64,000 nt of DNA from Desulfuromonadales bacterium (GTDB lineage: Bacteria; Desulfobacterota; Desulfuromonadia; Desulfuromonadales; JACZKF01), in contig JARFUG010000010.1 of NCBI GenBank assembly GCA_029289095.1, forward strand, positions 2,187 to 66,186, read 5' to 3'. Under the pieces are notes generated by a model. That model saw nothing but the letters and a program-made list of their open reading frames with translations, ran no database searches and was not told the origin of the DNA. A program made the translations under genes and the position numbers. Positions 56,397-64,000 of this stretch are shown here, one piece after another (the first letter of the stretch is position 1; each line of letters opens with the position of its first letter).

Positions 56397-57551
56397 TTAG
56401 AGCGACTCCTCGTAGATGACCTCGAGATCCCTCAAAGTAGCCCGCCGCGGGTTGGTCACCATGCACGGATCCCGAAGCGCTTTTCTGCTCAGTTGCCGCA
56501 CGTCAGAGCGGGTCACGCCGACATCCTTGAGCACCCGGTCCATTCCAGCGGCCTGCTTGATTCTTCGAACCTCCTCCAGCAGCACCTTCGTTCTCTCCCT
56601 GGAGGTCATTCCGCGCAGATCGAGCCCCATTGCCTCTGCGATTCGCTCAAACCGCTCGGGAGAGGCGGGGAGATTGAAGGCGATCACGTGGTCCAGCAAA
56701 ATGGCGTTGCATTCCCCATGGGGAGCATCCCGCAGGCCGCCGACGCTGTGCGCCATGGCATGGACCGCGCCCAGAATGGCATTGGAGAAGGCCAGCCCGG
56801 CGTAGAGGCTTCCCTGCATCACCTTGGAGCGCAGTTCGACATCATGGGGATTCTTGATGGAGGCGACGAGATTTCCGAAGATCAGCCGGATGGCCTCCAG
56901 GGCATGCAGATCTGTCATGGGAGAGCTGGCATTGGAGACATAGGCTTCGATGCCATGCGTGAGCGCATCCAGTCCGGTGCAGGCGGTCAGGAAAGGGTCG
57001 AGGGTCGTCAGGGTAAGCGGATCGATGAGGGAAAGGTCCGGCACCACAGACTTGCTGATGATGGCGAACTTGATCTTCTCGAGCGGATTGGAAATGATGG
57101 CGAACTGGGAGACGTCGGCCGAGGTCCCACCGGTGGTCGGAATGCAGATCAGAGGCGGCATGGGCGCCTCGACCTTGTCCACCCCCTCAAATTCCAGAAT
57201 GTGCTGATGGTTGGAGCTGACGATACCGATCCCCTTGGCGCAGTCCATCGGACTTCCGCCCCCGACCGCGACAATCGCATTGCACCTGTTGGCCTTGAAA
57301 ACCTCGGCGCCGGCCATGACTTCGTCGGCCCTGGGATTTGGCGAAACATCGGTGTAGAGCGCATGGTCGAGACCTGCCTCGACAATGCTCTCGATGACGT
57401 CCCGAGTCCACCCCGCAGCCACCACACCGGGATCGGAGACGACCAGCACCCGTTTACCGCCGAGGTTTTTGGCATAACGGCCGGCCAGTTGGCGAGCGCC
57501 GACGCCGAAAACGTATTCGGGCGCAACGAATTTCCGAAGTTCGTGCTTCAT
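56397..57551 (-). CDS. Iron-containing alcohol dehydrogenase (ErcA-like)
   Basis: GGGSPMD, PTTGGT, DALTHGIE, HAMAH and PHG motifs. Start at ATG 57551 (MKHELRKFVAPE). Confidence 0.92.
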   Translation of the reverse strand: MKHELRKFVAPEYVFGVGARQLAGRYAKNLGGKRVLVVSDPGVVAAGWTRDVIESIVEAGLDHALYTDVSPNPRADEVMAGAEVFKANRCNAIVAVGGGSPMDCAKGIGIVSSNHQHILEFEGVDKVEAPMPPLICIPTTGGTSADVSQFAIISNPLEKIKFAIISKSVVPDLSLIDPLTLTTLDPFLTACTGLDALTHGIEAYVSNASSPMTDLHALEAIRLIFGNLVASIKNPHDVELRSKVMQGSLYAGLAFSNAILGAVHAMAHSVGGLRDAPHGECNAILLDHVIAFNLPASPERFERIAEAMGLDLRGMTSRERTKVLLEEVRRIKQAAGMDRVLKDVGVTRSDVRQLSRKALRDPCMVTNPRRATLRDLEVIYEESL

Positions 57552-57671
57552 CTTCCTCACTTTCGAGTAGATTACACACTCATTATACCCCCGTCTTCCT
57601 GGAGGAGGCAAAGCCCGTTCCGAATCAGAAAAGTTTGCGAGAAGAAGGAAAACAACCGTTCTCACGGTCAA

Positions 57672-57735
57672 CATAACGCAAGAAAGCCGCCCCCGGCAGG
57701 GGCGGCTTTCTTGCCGAGATGACGAGGCATTCACC
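57672..57735. repeat. Duplicate of the terminator region at 58764-58829
   Basis: 43 nt identical (CATAACGCAAGAAAGCCGCCCCCGGCAGGGGCGGCTTTCTTGC), then about 20 nt similar. Confidence 0.9.
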
Positions 57736-57746
57736 GGCTAAGAGCC

Positions 57747-58089
57747 GCATGCTTTTGGCGATCTCGCCGCGTGCGGCATCCCGAACGAGAAGATTGGATG
57801 TGATTGGAAGTGACGATGTAATTCAGAATGCAGAGCCCATAGCGCTTCTTGGCCTCGAGCAGCCAATCGAGCCAGCACCTGCGATCAACAGCAAACTTGA
57901 GAAGAAACTCCTGCTTATGACAGCGATGCGTAATGTGCCAGACGTGTCCCGGCAGAAAATATCGATTTGCACGCGGCATTTCCCCCTCCCGTTCAATTTC
58001 ATGGGCAAAATGGTGCTTCCAAGGGCAATCCTGAGGCCTAATTTTCGATGTTGTCGTATGATTCTAGGGACTTATCTTGGTCCGACCCC
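57747..58089 (-). pseudogene. Truncated, frameshifted 5' copy of the Y1/RAYT transposase element including its right end
   Basis: Near-identical to 62499-62840. A +1 insertion at the HUH motif changes NHIHLLV to NHIQSSR. Ends in GGTCCGACCCC. Confidence 0.92.
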
Positions 58090-58179
58090 CAGAGCTTTGG
58101 CTTTGGCTCATCTGGCCGGGGCTGGTGTTCAATGAACTCTCTTGGTATCTTTAATAAGTCCATCCAAAGGGAGGCATTC

Positions 58180-58647
58180 ATGGCCATGGTGCGGGAATTC
58201 AAAGAGTTCATATCGCGCGGAAACGTCGTTGACATGGCGGTCGGCATCATCATCGGCGCTGCCTTCGGCGCCATCAGCAGGTCCCTGGTCGACGACGTTC
58301 TTATGCCACCCATCGGCCTGCTCCTGGGCGGTGTGGATTTCAGCAATTTATTCGTCCTCCTGCAGCAGGGGGCGCCTGGCGGTCCCTACGCCTCTCTTGC
58401 CGCAGCAAGGGAAGCCGGCGCGGTGGTGATCGCCTATGGCCCTTTCGTGCAGACCATCATCAACTTTCTGATCGTCGCCTTTGCCGTTTTTCTGTTGATC
58501 AAATCGGTAAATCGACTGAAGCGGAAAAAGGAAGCCGAGCAGGAGATCGTTCCCGCAGCACCCACGACCCAGGAATGCCCGTTCTGCTTCATGACCATTC
58601 CGGGCAAGGCACGAAGGTGCCCTCAATGCACCTCCGATTTGACTTGA
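58180..58647 (+). CDS. mscL: Large-conductance mechanosensitive channel with C-terminal CxxC...CxxC tail
   Basis: [21 protein letters not shown] and INFLIVAF motifs, CPFC...CPQC tail. Confidence 0.95.
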   Translation: MAMVREFKEFISRGNVVDMAVGIIIGAAFGAISRSLVDDVLMPPIGLLLGGVDFSNLFVLLQQGAPGGPYASLAAAREAGAVVIAYGPFVQTIINFLIVAFAVFLLIKSVNRLKRKKEAEQEIVPAAPTTQECPFCFMTIPGKARRCPQCTSDLT

Positions 58648-58769
58648 ATGAGAAAATGGAAAGACATTATTCAGGAACTTGCCGGGTTCGAACCCAAGAG
58701 CTACCTTCTCCCAACCAGGAGGCGCACGGGGGGGATGAGCCTGAGGGCCGCACCTTCACTGGCCATAAC

Positions 58770-58806
58770 GCAAGAAAGCCGCCCCCGGCAGGGGCGGCTT
58801 TCTTGC
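58770..58806. terminator. Bidirectional terminator between mscL and the multicopper oxidase
   Basis: GCAAGAAAGCCGCCCC-CGGCA-GGGGCGGCTTTCTTGC. Confidence 0.85.
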
Positions 58807-58828
58807 TGAGAGATGACGAGCTTTTCAC

Positions 58829-60886
58829 CTACATACCGGGAGTGACCGCCGGTATCGGCCCGACATAATACGGGCGCATCATTTCGTTGTCCTCGTGCTC
58901 CAGGATGTGGCAGTGCCAGACGTAGAGCCCCGGCAGGTCGAAAGTCGCCTGAATGCGCGTGATCTCACCCGGATACGCGATGACGGTGTCCTTCCACCCC
59001 GTCTCCCAAGGCTCCGGCGGAAGCGGATCCCCCAGGACGAAATCATCCGGACTGGGGGGATCGCCAACTTTTCCGCCGAGGAGGTATGCCATCTGAGCCT
59101 CGTGAAACTCTTCGACATCGAAGGGTTGGCGGTCGAGCACCTGGAACATGACCAGGTGCAGGTGGATGGGATGCGCGTCCTCGGTGAGGTTGAGAAGGCG
59201 CCAGATCTCCGTGTCCCCCACCATGGGGTTTTCAGTTATGGGATCCATCCACTCCAGCTCTCCGTCGGCGACCGTCCCGAGCACGGCGGCAATCGGGATG
59301 TCCGCATCGTGATCCATCATCTCGCCAAGGATCAGGTCGCGCACCGTATCGGCCGGCCCCGGTGGCGGGATGGGCGGCAGGGCCGAGGGAATTTCACCAA
59401 AATTTCCTTCGGCGGTCAGGGGAACGACGACGAACTTCATCACCTGCCCCGTCGTCTCCGGATCGGCCGGGTCGAAATCGACTCCCGGAATCCCGCCGCC
59501 GAAAGGCTCGTCGGGGGCGAAGTTGAGGAGGACGATTTCCTCTCCCGGCAGGAGCCCGGAAAAGTCGACGATGACGTCGGCCCGCTCCGCAGGCGCCATA
59601 AGGAGTTGATCGAGGATGACCGGAGCGTCCGGAAGCAGTCCCCCTTCGCTGCCGATCTGGTGAAATTCCAGATCCTGGTCGAAGGCAAGGATCAGGAAGC
59701 GCGAGTTGCTGCCGTTGAGAAAACGCAGACGGTAGAGGCGCGGCTCCACCTCCAGGTAGGGCCATGTCTTTCCGTTGACCATCATCGTGTTCCCGAAGAA
59801 CTCCGGATTCCAGATGGGCGGAATGTTCGTTTCCGGAATGAACGGCCCCTCATACCCGTCGAAGAATGCGCGGCTCCCCGGATAAAAGAGAGAGCCGTCC
59901 TCGTTGAAGGATCGATCCTGAATCGCCAGGGGGATTTCATAATACTTCGTCCCCGGGGGGTCGCCGAGACGGGGAGCCGGGCCGGGAAGGTTCAGGGCGG
60001 CTTCGATTTCGTCGCGAATGATCCAGAAGCCGGCCAGTCCCGCATAGACGTTAAGACGGGTGATCCCCAGGGCGTGGTCGTGGTACCACAGGGTGGAGGC
60101 GCGCTGGTCGTTCGGGTACTCGAACCAGGCGGCGCCGGGGGGCGCCGGGATGACCGAACCGTAGTGCGTCCCTTCCGTGGCGTACTCCTTCGGGATGTTC
60201 CTGGCATTCGGCAGGTACCAGGCCTCCGGATAGCCGTCGCTGATCGAGGGGACGTGGGCGCCGTGAACGTGAGTGACGATCGGCACGGGCCCCGTGTAGG
60301 CAGACGGGGTTTGCGCAAACGTCGGACGCATGTCGCGCCCGGCTGCCCCGCCGGGGGGATTGGCCCAGTGAAGAGTGGGATCGACCGGCAACAGATGGGG
60401 GAGATATCTCCTCTGGGCATCCATCAACTGGTTCACCCACAGAACCCTGACCACCTCGTCTTTGCTCACTTCTACGGTGAACGCGGGGGAGTGGAAGGAT
60501 AGATTGGCCCGCGGTCCCTGGACGGGGTCGCTGAACGAACCGTATGCCCAGACGGTGGTCTCCGGAAAAGAACTCGGCAGGATCTGCTGCGTGGTCTGCC
60601 TGGCGGCAATCTGGTACATCGTGAAAGGCGGATTCTTTCCGGTCTGTCCCACTGGCGGCATCACCGGCGGGATGACCAGCGGGTCCTGATATTTGGGAAT
60701 GGTCTCAGGGTCCAGGGGCTGCAGATTCAGGGCGGCCGACACGTCAGCCCGGTTCGCAGCCTCCACCGTTGGAACCCCCGTCTCCGATGCCTGCCCTCCC
60801 ATGTGCTGCGAATCGCCGCAGCCCCAGAGAAATGCCGCCACGAGGACGGCGCCTGCATAGAAAACCCTCCTTTGGCCTCTTTTCAT
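58829..60886 (-). CDS. CotA/bilirubin oxidase-type multicopper oxidase, predicted lipoprotein
   Basis: Copper ligands HVHG, WYHDH, HPIHLH and HCHILEHEDNEM. Signal peptide with QRRVF and LWGC. Confidence 0.95.
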   Translation of the reverse strand: MKRGQRRVFYAGAVLVAAFLWGCGDSQHMGGQASETGVPTVEAANRADVSAALNLQPLDPETIPKYQDPLVIPPVMPPVGQTGKNPPFTMYQIAARQTTQQILPSSFPETTVWAYGSFSDPVQGPRANLSFHSPAFTVEVSKDEVVRVLWVNQLMDAQRRYLPHLLPVDPTLHWANPPGGAAGRDMRPTFAQTPSAYTGPVPIVTHVHGAHVPSISDGYPEAWYLPNARNIPKEYATEGTHYGSVIPAPPGAAWFEYPNDQRASTLWYHDHALGITRLNVYAGLAGFWIIRDEIEAALNLPGPAPRLGDPPGTKYYEIPLAIQDRSFNEDGSLFYPGSRAFFDGYEGPFIPETNIPPIWNPEFFGNTMMVNGKTWPYLEVEPRLYRLRFLNGSNSRFLILAFDQDLEFHQIGSEGGLLPDAPVILDQLLMAPAERADVIVDFSGLLPGEEIVLLNFAPDEPFGGGIPGVDFDPADPETTGQVMKFVVVPLTAEGNFGEIPSALPPIPPPGPADTVRDLILGEMMDHDADIPIAAVLGTVADGELEWMDPITENPMVGDTEIWRLLNLTEDAHPIHLHLVMFQVLDRQPFDVEEFHEAQMAYLLGGKVGDPPSPDDFVLGDPLPPEPWETGWKDTVIAYPGEITRIQATFDLPGLYVWHCHILEHEDNEMMRPYYVGPIPAVTPGM

Positions 60887-60954
60887 ACTCCTCTCCTTTC
60901 CGCCTATGGGCGCAGAGTGCGAGCCACCTGAAAGGCCAAATTAAATGAAATTTT

Positions 60955-60975
60955 TCCAATGTCAAATTCATTGGA
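60955..60975. promoter_or_regulatory. Operator-like dyad overlapping the multicopper oxidase promoter
   Basis: TCCAATG-N7-CATTGGA overlapping a minus-strand TTGACA. Confidence 0.45.
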
Positions 60976-61247
60976 CTGACTTGGGGAGAGATCGCGCGCC
61001 GATGTATTTGTGGGTGATGAGGAGAACCGCTTGGTCTGGCGGTTTCAGCCTGATCTTGCCTTTAGGAATCGGCCTCCGGCAGCCTTCTCATCGGTCGAAT
61101 CCGGGAGAGAATCAGGTCAATGGCAGCTTGCACAGACGGAGCCGTCGACAGCGGGGAGGGGGGCCAGGATTCCAAATTGCTCACTTCCTCTTTGACAACC
61201 GCCAGCCTCTCCCGGAGATTCCCCCGGCCCCCCGGCCCCGGCCCCCC

Positions 61248-61381
61248 GGGGTCGGACCTGGCCAATCTCTTGATTCAAAAGTGAATTATCCACCTTTGCG
61301 CCCTAAAAAAGCGCTTAGAATGGGGTTTTCGGGGGCAAAATGACGTACCTGGTCTCGGTCTCCCGGAGCATGCACATCTGA
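61248..61381 (-). mobile_element. Partial copy of the left end and 3' coding tail of the RAYT-like element
   Basis: About 134 bp near-identical to 61913-62047. Starts GGGGTCGGACCTGGCCAA. Confidence 0.92.
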
Positions 61382-61437
61382 ATCCTGAACCTCGATCACC
61401 ATGACCTCGCAACGCCCGTCTTCGGCAATCGGTAGAC

Positions 61438-61912
61438 TTAGAACCGGTAAATAAGATTTGCCCCCAGAAATCTGATGTAGGATTTGTCCCCCGTATCCGC
61501 GAAGTTGATCCTGCCTTTGGGAGAGTACTCCGCCTCGACCTTCCACCTGCTGCTCACCCGGGCGCCAAGCCCCAATGAGAGCCCGACCCCCGTGTCGGAA
61601 ACGGAATCGTTCCAGAATGGTCGAACTATGGAGAACCGCACATGTTCCACTCCGAGCTTGACGACGGGATACACGACGCGGCTGCCCCGGTATGCGAGCC
61701 AGAGGCTTGCGGTCCGTATCCTCCAGTCTCCGTTCAAGCCGTATTCGTCTGCATCTCCGTCCCGTACTGTGAATGTCCCCTCCCCCTCAACCGCCAGCGA
61801 GCCGAGATTGAAGTGCAAGAGTTCCCGCCCGATCAGCAGCCCGGCATTCAAAGCCGTATCGAGGGGACTATCGGCCAGCATGGCGCCTGCCTTGACCCCT
61901 CGGTGCTCCCCC
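61438..61912 (-). pseudogene. Outer-membrane beta-barrel (OmpA/porin-like) gene lacking its 5' end
   Basis: Alternating beta strands, GVGLSLGLG, VEAEY and terminal LIYRF. No signal peptide, and the frame runs straight into the element end at 61913. Confidence 0.7.
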
Positions 61913-62840
61913 GGGGTCGGACCTGGCCAACCTCTTGATTCAAAAGTGAATTGTCCACCTTTTTTCGCCCCCAAAAGCGCTTAGAATGGGGTTTTCGGGG
62001 GCAAAATGACGTACCTGCTCTCGGTCTCCCGGAGCATGCACATCTGATCGCCCTCCGCAATCATTCTCTTTCTCCCCTTGAAACCCAGCCTCTCTTTTAT
62101 TTCTGCGACAAACTCACCATCACCGACGGCCAGACTCTCCGACCAACAAGGGTCGCGCTCCAAGGATTCATAACGACTTTGCACCTCCTCCACCCATTTA
62201 CGCCTCTCCCTGCGGATTGCCTCAGTGCTGGACAGGCCGAGCAAAGACCCCAGGGTTTCGTAGTCGATGAGATTGTAGCGCTGCCTTGCTTCCATCAGCT
62301 CGGCATATCCACTCGCCCCCCACGTCTCGGGCTCTTTTACGACCCCGGCTCTGACCATATTCAGATCGATATACGTCAGACATCGGGCGAGATGAGAATC
62401 GGCGGCTACCGCTGTGGCATGGTAGCGATCCTCCCAGAACGCCCCTTTGCGCTTTTTCCTGCGGTTGTATTGCTGCGCGACTCTTCCGGCCACCAACTGC
62501 ATGCTTTTGGCGATCTCGCCGCGTCCGGCATCCCGAACGAGAAGATGGATGTGATTGGAAGTGACGATGTAATTCAGAATGCAGAGCCCATAGCGCTTCT
62601 TGGCCTCGAGCAGCCAATCGAGCCAGCACCTGCGATCAACAGCAAACTTGAGAAGAAACTCCTGCTTATGACAGCGATGCGTAATGTGCCAGACGTGTCC
62701 CGGCAGAAAATATCGATTTGCACGCGGCATTTCCCCCTCCCGTTCAATTTCATGGGCAAAATAGTGCTTCTAAGGCAATTTCGAGGCCTAATTTTCGATG
62801 TTAGTCTTACAATAATAAGGACTTGGCTAGGTCCGACCCC
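61913..62840 (-). mobile_element. Complete 928-bp Y1/RAYT element with 18-bp terminal inverted repeats
   Basis: Left end GGGGTCGGACCTGGCCAA, right end TTGGCTAGGTCCGACCCC (17/18 inverted match), enclosing a single transposase gene. Confidence 0.85.
61981..62730 (-). CDS. REP-associated tyrosine transposase (Y1 HUH, RAYT-like)
   Basis: MPRANR start, WHITHRC, NHIHLL (HUH), FWEDRY, catalytic YIDLNMVRAG. GGGAGGGGG RBS. Confidence 0.93.
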   Translation of the reverse strand: MPRANRYFLPGHVWHITHRCHKQEFLLKFAVDRRCWLDWLLEAKKRYGLCILNYIVTSNHIHLLVRDAGRGEIAKSMQLVAGRVAQQYNRRKKRKGAFWEDRYHATAVAADSHLARCLTYIDLNMVRAGVVKEPETWGASGYAELMEARQRYNLIDYETLGSLLGLSSTEAIRRERRKWVEEVQSRYESLERDPCWSESLAVGDGEFVAEIKERLGFKGRKRMIAEGDQMCMLRETESRYVILPPKTPF

Positions 62841-62908
62841 ATGAACACCTTCGTCACCTCACCGACCGGAAGCTGGTTCGCGGTAACCGGCTTATGACCC
62901 GGGTACTT

Positions 62909-62958
62909 GCAAACAAGTCGGGCGAGGGAATTTCACCCTCTCGCTCGACTTGTTTTGC
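62909..62958. other. Long imperfect hairpin
   Basis: GCAAACAAGTCGGGCGAGGG-AATTTCA-CCCTCTCGCTCGACTTGTTTTGC. Confidence 0.65.
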
Positions 62959-62996
62959 GAGGCAAGGCCAGGGGGGCCTCAGCGGACCACCTTGGC

Positions 62997-63731
62997 TTAA
63001 TTCCTATTTAGCCTCAAGGTGCCGATTACCTTCCACTGTTGGTCCCCAACAAGAAAGAATCGCAGCTGATTCTCCTCTGAAACATAGGCAATCCCCGTGT
63101 AATTTCCGTTGATGGTGTAATTTGCGCGTGGGTCATTAATGCTCATCGTAACATTGTATTCATTTTTTGAAGGGTCAATGAGAGAGAATGCCCCCTCTAC
63201 GGCGAACGATGAGGCTGTTCCCGCAAATGATCCATCATTATCAATATCAATTGACCAGTTCTGCCCTACTGTTCCGAAATAATGAAAACTGGACCAAGCG
63301 CCGGCGATTTTTGAGAAACTCGATTCGGAATCGTAATCAGGCCTGTAGTTAAAATCTATTCCATCATCGACATTAAGAGAATATGATCCAATGCTGACTT
63401 TTGCTTTCAATTTCCAGTTTGCCCAAGCCCTTCCCACCATGGTGACCAGATTAGAGGTGTTATAGCTATCAGATCCAACAATTTTCAACCTGTTTTCATC
63501 ATTGACGGTCCCTACGAAACTGACGCCATTTCCCAAATCGATACCAACGACACCAGTACTTGTAATCAGCGCGCTTGATGAAAATTGTTGTCCGTGTGCA
63601 GTCGTATACGTTCCCTGCCATATGCCCGACGGATCCTCTGTGCCATCTGGGCTATCTGGGCTATCGCTGCTACAAGAAAATAGCAAAAGACAATGCAAAA
63701 CGATGACGAGCATCTTCAAAACGGAATACAT
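62997..63731 (-). CDS. AT-rich beta-rich lipoprotein of unknown function
   Basis: LFSC lipobox, AGGAGG RBS, two GxWxG/S-type beta domains, GC visibly far below the host genes. Terminator-like hairpin at 62964-62998. Confidence 0.8.
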   Translation of the reverse strand: MYSVLKMLVIVLHCLLLFSCSSDSPDSPDGTEDPSGIWQGTYTTAHGQQFSSSALITSTGVVGIDLGNGVSFVGTVNDENRLKIVGSDSYNTSNLVTMVGRAWANWKLKAKVSIGSYSLNVDDGIDFNYRPDYDSESSFSKIAGAWSSFHYFGTVGQNWSIDIDNDGSFAGTASSFAVEGAFSLIDPSKNEYNVTMSINDPRANYTINGNYTGIAYVSEENQLRFFLVGDQQWKVIGTLRLNRN

Positions 63732-63788
63732 TTCTGACCTCCTAAATTAAACAAATTAAAAATGGACACCATAGAGAGGGAATCCCCT

Positions 63789-63809
63789 AGGGCCGGACCT
63801 GGCCAACCT
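63789..63809. repeat. Additional left-end copy of the RAYT-like element
   Basis: AGGGCCGGACCTGGCCAACCT versus GGGGTCGGACCTGGCCAACCT at 61913. Confidence 0.75.
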
Positions 63810-64000
63810 TTTAGCTCCCCCTTCGCGAGCGAGCAAACCATTTCGAATTTAATCGCTTGGTTTTTCTGTCCGCTCTATTTTCTGGCTAGATGGCATTGCC
63901 TCGCTAAGCTCAAGCTCTATGCCACCTAATTTACCTGCAATTTTGTTGTATATGAAACAGGCAATGAAAATTGAAACAAACCCAAGTATGGTTGATTCGA

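Noticed and set aside
58684-58696. GGGTTCGAACCC resembling a tRNA T-arm
   Set aside because: No acceptor, D or anticodon stems and no CCA end.
61951-62844. 297-aa plus-strand ORF spanning the transposase element
   Set aside because: Antisense to the motif-complete Y1 transposase, with no RBS or recognisable domain.
57672-64000. CRISPR array or integron
   Set aside because: Repeats are irregularly spaced and in both orientations. No cas genes, tyrosine integrase or convincing attC boxes are present.

Overview
GC-rich bacterial chromosome segment. Gene content and repeat style suggest Desulfuromonadia/Desulfuromonadales (inference). Left to right: a partial AsmA-like gene, an acyltransferase, polA, a complete gspC-N type II secretion operon, lon, HIT, trpS with a Trp-rich leader peptide attenuator, TIGR02757, DUF485-actP, LysR, a full Na+-NQR operon (nqrABCDEF plus an nqrM-like gene), an RND efflux pair, mscS, a pyrimidine dimer glycosylase, polX, a CHASE2 Ser/Thr kinase-PP2C-FHA operon and an Fe-ADH. 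The right end (57.7-64 kb) is an accessory island built around a Y1/HUH (RAYT-like) transposase bounded by 18-bp inverted GGGGTCGGACCT ends. Five such ends, two partial element copies and a duplicated terminator are interleaved with passenger genes (mscL, multicopper oxidase, a truncated beta-barrel gene, an AT-rich lipoprotein). Several families of small palindromic or heptamer repeats occur between genes. These include a triple-nested inverted repeat downstream of polA and in-frame palindromes filling the putative cleavable leader of GspH. No rRNA, tRNA or CRISPR array was seen. All product calls come from motif recognition, not database searches.
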